Assembly (NCBI GenBank): GCA_023213395.1
Contig: CM041465.1
Location: forward strand, 81,103,741-81,167,740
DNA: 64,000 bases
Origin: Cycas panzhihuaensis
Taxonomy: Eukaryota; Plantae; Cycadophyta
Direction: 5' to 3'
A program made the position numbers and the translations under genes. The notes below the pieces were generated by a model. That model saw only the letters and a list, made by a program, of their open reading frames with translations, was not told the origin of the DNA and searched no databases. Below are positions 23,906 to 35,320 of the stretch, piece after piece. Position 1 is the first letter of the stretch. Each line of letters opens with the position of its first letter.

Positions 23906-26900
23906 TTGGGTGACCAAGAACACCTACAAGTTCACCACCTCTCTACTCATGAAGTAGAGGTCTCTTCTCCTCTAAAGTTCCATCACCCTAGTGGTGATTC
24001 TCATGAGGATCACCCCATGGGGTCTTCCTCATATGAGGTTCCCTCTGCCTCTTATAATCAAGCGGATACTCCTGTTATGGATGTTTTCGAAGCCTTTACC
24101 TAATGCTTCCAAGCCGCTCGCCTCCAACCACATCCCAAGTGGTTCGAGAGCATCTTGCGAAGTATTATGCTTACTTTCTTTACATCCACCTTACCTCATC
24201 CATCTCGCTCAACTCCTCTACCTATGATGAGTTCATCTTTTGCCTCATCTTCCTCCTCTCATGGTCTATGCTCCTTGAGGACCAACCAAGGTATGTCCTC
24301 TTCCCAACTTGGGTTGAGCATGCCCCCTTCTAGTTAAATAATTTCACCTCAACTAACTATAGTTTATCCATACCTATTAGATCTAGGGCACTCATATATT
24401 CCCTTACTTCTAGCCATGTGAAGTCCACCCCCACACACTCCCAAGTTTAACCTAGGGATTCTTCCCTTTACGTACCTCCAGGTTATATCTCTTAACCATG
24501 GGGGCATGACAAGGGAAACTCCCTTCCAGGTTATGGGATGGACCTTTTGCACCCATATGGGGTTGCACCACCCACAAGCAGCCCATATAGGTAAAACTCG
24601 GTCCTACGCCCCTCCTTTCCATCCTCCTATGTCACACCTCATGTTGCACCTATGCAAGGAGGGCAAGCTCCCTCCCAAGGCACCTTCTCTCAAGTTCCTT
24701 TCTAATAAGGGGTGTTTCCTTGAGGGGGGATACGTCCCTCATCCCCATCTGCTCCTATGTATATTTCTTTGAATGTGAGACTAGTGTCTTATCACCAAAT
24801 GGGAGAAGGCCAATATCCCCTTTCGAATCAAATTCCCCAAGGAGGATTTGGGCAACCTTGTTTACCTCCTCTTCCATCTCTCGTTGATCCTATGGTCCAG
24901 TCAAGGGTACGCCCCTTTATGGACTATAGATTGACACCTCTATCTATTAGGGCACTAAGGACTAACTTACTGCCTCACTCTCTTGAGGTTCCCAAATTTA
25001 ACGGAACTTCATCACAAGACCCAATAGAGCATGTCTACAGATTTTCTATGGCATACATTGATTACTAGGCTTATGACTATATCCTTATGAAACTCTTCCC
25101 ATGATCCCTTCAAGGTAATGCCCTCAAGTGGTTCTATCACCTGCCAGCATATTCTATCTTTTCATTCCAACAACTGGTTGATAAATTCATCAATTATTTT
25201 GACATAGCCTATCCTTTCGAGAGCAGAATGAAAGCCATCTTGTCTCTTAAACAGGGTCACAATGAGATGAATCATGACTTTGTGAGACACTTTTATGACC
25301 TTCTTCACTCCACAAAGGCAACTCTACCCCAGGAGTTGAAGAGGAATCTTTTTGTGAATGCTCTTTGCCTAGAAGTCCACGTTGAAGTCCTTACAATGGG
25401 GGCAACGACATGTGATTCCATCATAGCCAAGTGCTTGGTGCTTGAGGCCATTGAGATCCAAGTGGGTCTCAAGAAGCTCCTCAATCCCTCACAACGGCGT
25501 GAGGCACCTCCACCACCCCATGAGACTAAAGTCCAACAACCTACCAGGTCTTCTTCCCACCTAATGGAGAAGACCTTGGATCCTCTCACTTCTGCTATAT
25601 ATTCCTTTGAATGTACCATGAAGGAGCTCAAACTCTAGGCCCCTTCATCCACCACCTCTTATAAACCAGTTCACCACGCCTCTCAAGCCACTCCCCCCAA
25701 GGGTGGTAAAACTCAATCTTCTCAAATGAGGAAGTTTGATTTCTCCCTAGAGAAGAAATGGCATTCCATCCATGGGGAATGTTTCTATGAAGATTCATAG
25801 TGACGGGCCCAACACCCAAGAGTCACTCTGCAATATGATTCTTCTTCCAAATAGGCATTTAGGCTAAACCTAGACTAACCCATTCATAAGGATCCTTTCC
25901 TCAAACATGGGGAATGTGATCATAATAACTAACAAAAAGGTAGCCGAAATAGAGAGAGGTCCCTAAACCCTCGCCCTTCGCAAGCTAAAGGGAAGGGTAT
26001 AAGGAACTCATCCTCTTCTTCTAGCTCTGCCAACCATCGCACTCCTTTGCCCTCTCAGTCCTAAAACAAGGGAAAGAGAGTTATTCTGATGATCGAGACT
26101 ATACCATTATATGCCTTAACTCGGTCTCAAGTGGTTAAAGAGGCGAACGATGTCTCTTCTTCCACACCTCACCTTGATCACCTTCCATAAGTCCTCGCAC
26201 TCCCCAAGACTATTCCTGTGTGCCCCGGTCATTACAAATTTTGAAGGGCTCTTCTCCAACCTATTGTGAAGGGGAAGACTTTCTTCATTATTGATGAGCT
26301 TCATACTGTGGCCGCGGGGATGTCCATAATGGACGTCTTGAGGAGTTGCCCTAAACAACATACACTTCTCTTGGAAGCCTTGGGATTGGGTGACATGTTT
26401 ATTCACACCTTGGGCGTCACTCTAAGTCATGAACCTATCATCTCTTTTGACCTTAAGGACCTGCTTCAACCAGTGAAAGGGAATTCCAATAGCACTACCC
26501 CTTCACCATAATTATTAACACTCCTAACTACACTATTTGAAGAACTGTTGTGGACAATAGTTCTTTCGTTAATGCCATGCCCTTACGCATCATGCAAGAG
26601 CTTGGTATATTAGCCCTAGAGCCAGTTCCATGGTGGTATCAAGGCTACGATGGTAGTGAAAAGATGCCCCCTGGGATTGGTATCCATACCTGTCACACTC
26701 GAGGACAAGACTATCCTTACTGACATTATAATTCTCGATGTTGATGTCAACTACAACCTTTTGTTGGGATGCTTATGGCTTGACCAAATAGGAGCTATGT
26801 GCTCATCTCATTGGGGACAACTTAAATTCGTCTATGAAGGGTGAATGAAGGTTGTCTCTCAAGAGCCTTCTCCAACCAACCAATCTCACCAACCCCATCA

Positions 26901-29900
26901 AGCAGCTTGCGATAAGGCAAAGGGTGATAAGGGTCTGTCTGCCCATGCTTCTGCTTGCTCTATCGATATTCCTAGCCCATCTAGCTTAGAAGAAGGTCCC
27001 TCCTCTTCTTCCTCAAATCTCATTCGCTTTACCCCTATTGGTTTAGGGAGCTATGGATATCTCATCGTTCTTAGTGACAATGAGTCCAACGGCGAGGATA
27101 AGGACCTTCCTCATCCCATATCCCTCCTAAACATGAGTAGGGGGCACTCTATACATTCTAGGTCTAGACCTGAACCTTCTCCCATTAGGGAGACCAGCTT
27201 TCCTCTTAGGTCGTATGTCATTGCTCCTCCCAATCATACAATCCCTTATATCACTCTGTCTTCCACTTCATTACCCTCTATAGACAATGAAGCGAGAGAG
27301 CTTCTTGTTGCTTCTCACAAGAGGACCCCTTTTGACTCCTCCAAAGAGTCCCTTGGATATATTGAGTGGTGCGTTGACTACTACGGTCCTACTACTCCTT
27401 CTACTCCTCCCTTCTCATCCCCTTGATGCATGGTCATCTATAGGGTGGACTATTTTGAGGATGACGAGGCCTTGCTCGAGCACCTAGCGGGCTTTACACC
27501 TAATCTCCCTTCTAATCACCAAAAAGTCTTAGCTATTAGGTCATCTGTTACTGACCCAAACCCATCTCCTATTCTGCCCTCTTTTGTTGATCGAGCCCCC
27601 CTTCACTTCGAGGAAAGGAACGTTATGTGCATGGGGGCAACCAAGGACATAGTCCTTGCCCCAGGCAAGGTCATAAAGGTGGGAGTGAAATGCTCTCCTA
27701 ATGAAATAAGGTAATACACCCTTCTGTTCTAAGAAAATTGAGATGTCTTTGTATGGGATTATTCTGATATGAAGGGAATAGACCTTTCTATCATGACCTA
27801 CAATCTTACTACCATCCTGGGTGCTCACCTCGTGTGTCAGAAACAACACCCTCTTCATCCCAAACTTTTAGCTACCATTGAGATAGAAGTTAAAAAACTC
27901 CTAAATATGGGGTTAGTAACTTCTATCGACTACCTCAAGTGGGTGTCTAACATTATCCCCATCACCGAAAAGAATGGGATAATTAGGATATATGTTGATT
28001 TCTGAGATATCAACAACGTATGTCCTAAGGACAACTTCCCACTCCCCTTCATCGATCAAATCATTGATCGAACCATTAGTTTTAAAGTCATGTCTTTAAT
28101 GGACAGCTTATCAAGCTATAACCAAATCTATATTTCTCTCGAAGACCATCACAAGATGGACTACCCCTTGGGGCACTTTTTCCTATAAAGCGATGCCCTT
28201 TAGGCTAAAGAACGTAGGCATCACTTATCAAAGGGTGATGCAATTCATCTTTCATGACTTTATCAATAAAACCTTAGAGGTTTTCATGGATGATATGATC
28301 AGTCTCTCACGCATTAAGGCCTGCCATCCTTCCGATTTACGGGCCATCTTTACATGCTGTCATAAATACCATGTAAGCTTGAACCCTCTCAAATGCGTAT
28401 TTACTGTAACAGTGGGCAAACTCCTCTGTTTCCTTGTCTCAAAGCAAGGAATCTAAATTGACCCCAATAAAGTCAAGGCCATCCTTGACATGTCACCTCT
28501 TCAGACCCAACGATAAATTAAGTCATTCTTGGGTAGGCTCAATTTCCTTAGGCATTTCTTAGCAGATTTTTCCATGAATACAAAACCACTTACCAACCTG
28601 TTAAAGAAGGGGGCCCTATTTGTTTGGTCTTCAAAGGCCCGATAAGCCTTTGAGGAGTTTAAGAAAGCTCTCACTTCTGCTTTAACCCTAGCACCTCCTC
28701 TCTTCGACAGGCCCTTCATTCTCTACACTTCGACTATCGACAAATCCTTGGGCACCATGCTAACCCAAGAGAATAACTTGAGAGCCAAAAGAGCTATTTA
28801 CTTCATTAGTCATACTCTCATGGCTACTGAACTTAATTACTCACCTATCAAGAAGGAGTGCCTCTCCTTGGTGCATGCCACTAAGAAGTTTAGGCATTAC
28901 TTACTTGGGAATACTACTTGTATAATCGTCCACTCTGATCCCCTAAGATACTTGCTAACCCAATCTGACTTGATAGGTAGGACTGGTATGTAGGCCATCC
29001 TCCTTTAGGAATTTGACCTCCAAATCATTAACAGGAAGTCAAAGAAAGGGATGGTCATTACTGAATAACTCACTGACACCCCTATCCCAAACCCTCTTGA
29101 TGTTCCTGTTGATAATTCGTTGCTTAACAAGCCCATTTTGGCTATTTAGGATTCTTCCCATTATCCACTTGCTGAAAGTGAGTGGTAGGGGAACATTGTG
29201 CAATACCTCACCTAGTAGTAGTATCATCCCGAAGCTAGCGACAAAGTTAGGTCATATATTCAAGCTATTGCCAAGTAGTACTTGCTCATGGGTGAGGTAT
29301 TGTGGAAGAGATCCTTTGATAAGATCCTTCTCTATTGCATCAACCTCGACAAAGCAGACTAAATACTTCGTAATTGCCATAGTGTCATTTGCAGGGGTCA
29401 TTTTGGAGGCCAATCTATGGCCCAAAGGATCCTTCACATGGGGTATTATTAGTCATCCCTCTTTAAGGATGCCTATGCTTATGCCTTATGATGTCATCAG
29501 TGCTAAGAGCATGCTAACATCACCCACTTGCCTTCAAGGCCCTTTATCCTATCATATCCCCATGGCCCTTCTCCTAATAGTGGTTAGACCTTATTAGAGC
29601 CATATCTCCACTTTCTTCATCGCAGCATAAGTTCATCTTAACTACGACAAAATACTTTACTAAATAGGATGAATCGGTCCCTTTGTCTTCTATCCCTAGT
29701 AAGATGATAGCTGCCTTCATCTACCAACATATTATTTGTCATTTCGGAGTCCCTGACGTCCTGATTACAGACAATGGAACTTGTTTCTATAATAAGGAGA
29801 TGGACAAACTTTATGAGAAATTCAAAATTTCTCACAAGACCTCCTCCCCTTATTAGCCTTAATCCAATGGCCAAGTTAAGTCATTTAATAAAACCCTTAT

Positions 29901-30425
29901 AAACATCCTAAAGAAAAATGTTGCCCAATCTAAAAAAGATTGATATCTTCAGCTCCCTTCCACCCTATGGTCATATCACATATCTATCTGCACAGCCATG
30001 GGAATGATCCCATTTTCCCTAGTGTATGAAACAAAGGTGGTTCTCCAATTAGAAGTTGAGATCCCTTCCTTGTGAGTTTCCCTTCAGGGTCTTATTGATG
30101 AGGAGCACTCTGTTAAGCTCATCTCTTAGACCTTAAGGCCTTAGATGAGAGACACTTGATTGCTTACCAAGTGAACCTTACTTCTAAGGCTAAGGTGCAG
30201 AGGACGTATGATAAACACCTTCATCCATGCCCTTTACATCCTGGGGACCATGTCCTCAAATTGGAATATCTCCATGATCGCTTATCTAAGTTTGGACCTA
30301 AAGGGATTGGCCCCTTCGTCATTCTCAAGAGCCTTGACAATGACACTTATAGGATCACAACCTTGAAGGGTCTTGAGTTCGAGAAAGTAGTCAATAAAAA
30401 GTTCCTAAAGAAATTTTACGTATGA
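23906..30425 (+). pseudogene. Tat gag-pol (long N-extension, gag, PR, RT, RNase H, integrase)
   Basis: gag EVPKFNG..DPIEHV, SLQGNALKWFYHLP (~24985-25145); protease VVDNSS ~26548, YNLLLGCLWL; RT MPFRLKNVGITYQR, FMDDMI; RH ELNYSPIKKECLSLVHATKKFRHYL; INT H-H-C-C ~29375-29505, ITDNGTCF, KFLKKFYV stop 30425. Start approximate. Confidence 0.95.
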
Positions 30426-31149
30426 TTATCTCTATTGATACATAGATTAGGCACACCTATTTCTATTTTTCACGCTATGAAATAAGCCTAAACTATCATC
30501 CTAAGTGTGTCTCCATTCCCCCTAATCATAGGCGGAATGGTGGATTGAGATGACTCTCCTACTCTTTCTAGGTTCCTCCTATGGCACATTTTGGTTTCCC
30601 TTCCTTGGGGGACTTTCCCTCCTAATTGGGTATGTGGTCCTTATCGCTCCTAAGCCTGGATGCATTCCCTAACTAAGATGGCATGATTGAGTATCGTTAC
30701 TCCCTCTTCTGTTAGCACTTCCTTTGCATATCCTACTATGCTCCTATGATGGATGTATACGACTCCCCATCTCCTAGCACCACATATACTTATCGCCTAC
30801 ACTCGTGGTGATCATGTGTGCCCGCTAAGAGTATGACCCTGTATGGAAGGAAGTATGCATGCATAACTCAAATAATCCTGTAACACAAATCATGTAACAA
30901 TCAACTCCAAATTAAAATTATCATGATCTATAACTCCTCATGCAACTGTGCACCCATACACACATATACACAAACACATAAATAAAAGAAAATGTAACAC
31001 AATACATCATCATATATCATCACATACCATCATACACCAAATGGGATGCCAATGGCCCCATCTATATATATCAAAATCATAATGTGTCATATCATACAAA
31101 GGGTATAGTACATCATTAGCAGGAAGCTGGATCCTTGTAGGGAGGAGTA

Positions 31150-33126
31150 TAATTATGTGGTAACATATAGTGACTCCTTGGAGGTCTAGTGCTTTCCTAA
31201 TCAAAACCAAATACACCATGCTCTCTAGTGCTCCTATCCTCATGGCATATCACCTCCTAGTCGATGCAATCCTTCCCCAGGGGACCACTTACCTCCTAGA
31301 CTCCTCTTGCACCTCTAGGACCTCCCTACCTTGCTCCCCTTATCTCAAGGCCTCCTCAGGGTCATCACCATCATGTGGGTATGAATCTTGCTCTATGACG
31401 ACCTTGATGCCACCTGGTCCATCAGCTGATCATATCTTCCTTGGATACGATCCCTCTCTTCCTCTACCTATCAGAGCCTCTCCTCTACTCCTCAGAGTCA
31501 CTCCTCTATTACGAAGACTCTAATACAACTCTCTCCATCTCCATCTGCTCTAGAACCTTGAGCCTAAAGCACCTGGACTTGACCACGTAGGGTATCCCTC
31601 TCCGCATAGGTCCTATCCAGTTGTCCCACCCTCACCTGGTACTCATGGGACTCAACTACCTAGATGTCCCTAGTCCTGATCAACAGGGAAAATTATGCTG
31701 TGTGTGCCCCCGCCGATCATAGCTCCTCTCCTGCCTGGATGGGAGGTTGCCCCTCCACATAGGCCTCAGAGAATATCTCTCAGACTATCACCTTGATCAA
31801 CCTCCCCATCCCCGTTACTCCTTCTAAGTTAAACGTAACACATATTGATCCAAATATCCATATGCATATCAAACCCTTAAAAGTAAATTAAAAGTAAACT
31901 AGCCAAATGCCTGGTAGTCAAAGGATGGGTGGAATGGGTAGTGTCTCACCTCCTGGGACAACTAGCTCCTTGACTCTGGTGACTATCACCTCCTTAGGAC
32001 TTCCCTCAGTTACTGGTACCTCCTCCTCCTTAGATACCACCTTGCCAACTGCCTGGCCTGTTGGGGTATCTCCTCCTCCTTCTACTGCTACCTCTACTAC
32101 TGCTACCACCACCCAAGCTCTCCCGACCACCCTCAGTCTTCAAACCAGTGTGCGGGGTGGCCTGCCTCTCCTTGCATCTCCTAGAGGCCCTGCCTCACCT
32201 CCTGCGGTCCATAATAGACCTGCCTCAGTACCAGTTACTCATAATGGGCATGCCCCATTACCCCCATCATCATCATCATTGTCATCGCCACCTCTATGAC
32301 CACCTCTTGCTCCTCATGCTCTACTTGCCTCATCATCACTATCCCACCTCACCTCTCTATATAGATCTACCATATAGTCTGCCATGGTGAGGAGGTCCAG
32401 TGAAGTTGCCTCCATCAAACATTAGACATATGCCTAATCCTTGGTCCCTCTAAATCAAGTCTACCACTTGTGTACCATAGGAGCCCATGTTGAGATAGGA
32501 TGTGGTCCTCTTGCTACTGCTACGACTCCAAAGTGATCCAAAAACCAACATTGCAGTAGCATACTATAGGAGAATCCTCCTCTCCCCATCACTCTAATAG
32601 CACCTAGCTGGGCGATCATGTTCACTGCTATCAGGATGGCCTAATCCATCCTCTCCCTAGCCTCACATCTCCCGACCATCTCCATCTAGCTGCTGGGGAT
32701 ATCTTTATAGTTCAGTTTCTAGGAAATGTGGAACAAAATAGCTAATGTGATCAACTTTCTCACCCAAGAAATATGTGACATAACCATGCTCTACACTGGT
32801 AACCCACGCCTCTCCCACCTATCCTAACTCATGAAGAATGTGGCTACCTCCCTATGCACAACATCGCTACTAGGTAATGCCTCTAGTGATGCTAGTGATT
32901 CTCTTGCTGGTATGCTGAGGATCCTTTGTATGTCCCCTAGTGTGATGGTAATGTCCCCTACTTGGGGGAGGTAGAATACATACCGCCTACAATCCCAATG
33001 GGTAATGATGTCTACCAGAAGATGCTTGTTAGATGCGTACTGTAGTGTCATGATGACCTTCAACAAGACACATCTCCTTATGATCTGCTGATCCCCCCAA
33101 GTCAACATCTTAATGAAACTCATCAT
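31150..33126 (-). pseudogene. Antisense Plant Mobile Domain (PMD / aminotransferase-like, MAIN/MAIL-related) gene of A, two exons, coiled-coil C-terminus
   Basis: LLVDIITHWDCRRYVFYLPQVGDITITLGDIQRILSIP matches the PMD motif W...tF.lp.Ge.titL.Dv..ilglP; downstream GFSYSMLLQCWFLDHF matches LLQ.W..eh; intron 31821..31910. 3' end approximate. Confidence 0.85.
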
Positions 33127-34408
33127 AGTAACCCTGATGTTTTCTTAATTATCCACTACAATAATTGCCTACAAAACACTCAACAACTAATCAAAATACC
33201 TCTACATCTATTTATCCATCCTCAAGATGCCTCTTCCCCCCATTCCTAGTTGAATTTGGTACCTCTTTGGTCCACTTTTCTTATTTTTTTACTTATGAGT
33301 CTCTACCCTGTGTCAAACTTTACAGCACTGCAGAGTTTGACCAGGTCCCCGCTAAGATTTCAACATGTTCTTAGTGTCCCCATGACAAACTCTACAGCAT
33401 CATAAATTTCACTGCGAGGCCAACCATACCCCTCATATAATGGGGTGTTATGCCCAAAAATCCCAAAAAGGTTTACCCAAGTGAGCTGTACTCAGGCCCA
33501 TTGGGACTAGGACTACCTAATGCGCTAATTCTCCCTCTCTTTGGACCCAAATCAGGCTCCAAAGGATCCCAATTCACCCTTAAGGGGCCAATAATCACCT
33601 AGTAAAAATATAAAATGACATTCATTTCAAACAACAAAACGAGGTGGCTATGGGATGATCTACTCATCGGATCTGGTCTCACCACCATCATTTCGCATCC
33701 CTAGTCCTAACGGGTGTCTCATCACCTCAATCCAATGGCTTGATCTCCCTCTGCATGCCTCTGATGTTGGGCAACACTCTACTACATAAGGAAAAGGGCT
33801 CCATATCGATCGTGAGTCCATGAAAATGAATTCTATTTTTGCTAAGTTTTCCTTATATAGGTGTGGGCCCTGAAGGGTACCTCCTCCTTTTGTCCTATCA
33901 TGACATCCCTTGGGACTGTCTCTTTCCCCTCGTTACCTTCGCCTCCATGGCCCTCTTTTCTTCTTTTCCCTTCAGGCACATTTCTAGTGAGCCCTTGAGT
34001 TTATAGGAGGCCCTTTCTACCTCAATTTTTATGCCATTTCTAAACATGCATGTGTTTATACTCATTTGGGTCATTTCGTCATCTTGAACCTAGTTTCACT
34101 GCCCATTTATACCTTTGGGGCTCCCAAAGGAAGCGCCCTCCCTATTCGAGATCGTACCTCACTTCCTTCAACAACCATTGGGACCCTAGAGGGGCCCTTT
34201 CACCACCGTTTCCTTCTCATCTATCGGGTTAGTATCCTCATCCTTAGGTAGCCTCATCCTTGGGTCCTCCTGCCCCTTATGGCCTCTATCCATAGTAACT
34301 TGAGTTCCTCACAACTATTTTATACTGTTGAGTCTTTTTTTTTGCTCATTAACCTTGCCATCACTCTTTTTCCTCTTTCGCCCTATTGAGATCTCTATCC
34401 CTTCCACC

Positions 34409-34831
34409 ATGGCTCTATTCATCTTCACCAATTGTGGGAGTCGTGGTAACCCTGGTCCTTCTACTACCACATGGATCCTCCGTGACCCCTCTGGATATGA
34501 CTACATGTGTTTTAGAATCTTCCTCCTCGAAGCCACCAATAACGAAGTTGAGTACATAATTGTTATTGAGGCTCTTACCGATGTGCTCTACTTCTACCAT
34601 GGACCCATCATCCTCTTTTGCGACTCTTAGGTTATGGTGTTCCATCTCACCCAAGTCTATTAGGTGTGTTACCAATGCCTGAGGGCCTTCACCTTGACTG
34701 TTAGGTCTCTTTCGGCATATTTCTCTTTCGTTGACATCTGACACATTCCTTAGGATTGCAACGCTGAGACAAATAGCCTTGTTTGTCTCATCCTTGAGTA
34801 TCGTCTCCCTCTCCTTGATGATTCCCCTTAA
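34409..34831 (+). pseudogene. Free-standing archaeal-type RNase H (aRH) ORF in the 3' region of A
   Basis: ccaccATGG start; MALFIFTNCGSRGNPGP..ATNNEVEY..EAL..FCDS..HIP*DCNAETNSL; 140 codons in one frame with internal stops. Confidence 0.9.
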
Positions 34832-35310
34832 GAAAGTTGTTTGGTCACCTAGGTGTCCAAGTTTTTAGCCATCCCTTCTTCTATATTATGATTCGCTTGT
34901 ACCTCTGAAAGATGGCCACTAATGAGGTTAAACTATGGTGACCACTAGGTTTATTTCTTCACCCCACTATTCGTGTTGCTCCTGGTATGGAACTTTGACT
35001 ACTCTAATCTTACCTTGTATATATTTTCCACAGTATCTATTTGATGATCACCACAATTGCTACCATTGGTTGATTTACATCCATGCGATAGGGGCCATGC
35101 ACCCTCATCTCTTTCACTACCTATCGACCCTAAGGCAATACGTAGGCAACCCCTACATCGTCTCTCCTTCATCTTCACACCCACGTGTTCTGCCATGACA
35201 CTGTCCATCACCCTTAGCTCATACCATTATTATATTTATATATATTACTAATATTTTGTTGCCAACATTCACCATCACATTATGCTTCCGAGCAGTGAGG
35301 CTCTACTGCC

Positions 35311-35320
35311 AAGGGGGTAG
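35311..35320 (+). promoter_or_regulatory. Polypurine tract of A
   Basis: AAGGGGGTAG directly before the TG of the 3' LTR; the same motif is at 39053-39062 (minus) in C. Confidence 0.9.

Noticed and set aside
31907-32390. Mucin-like T/S/P and poly-His ORFs on the plus strand
   Set aside because: Opposite-strand shadows of the acidic/Gly/Val-rich linker of the minus-strand PMD gene.
31150-33126. PMD gene as a host MAIN/MAIL-like gene
   Set aside because: Both copies lie at the same position inside LTR-bounded elements and are decayed like the rest of the element.
34427-34435. Both aRH copies have Asn at the first catalytic Asp (FTN), suggesting a dead enzyme
   Set aside because: ACC-AAT derives from ACC-GAT by CpG decay, which can easily recur independently; the other acidic residues are each intact in one copy. 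Needs a family consensus.
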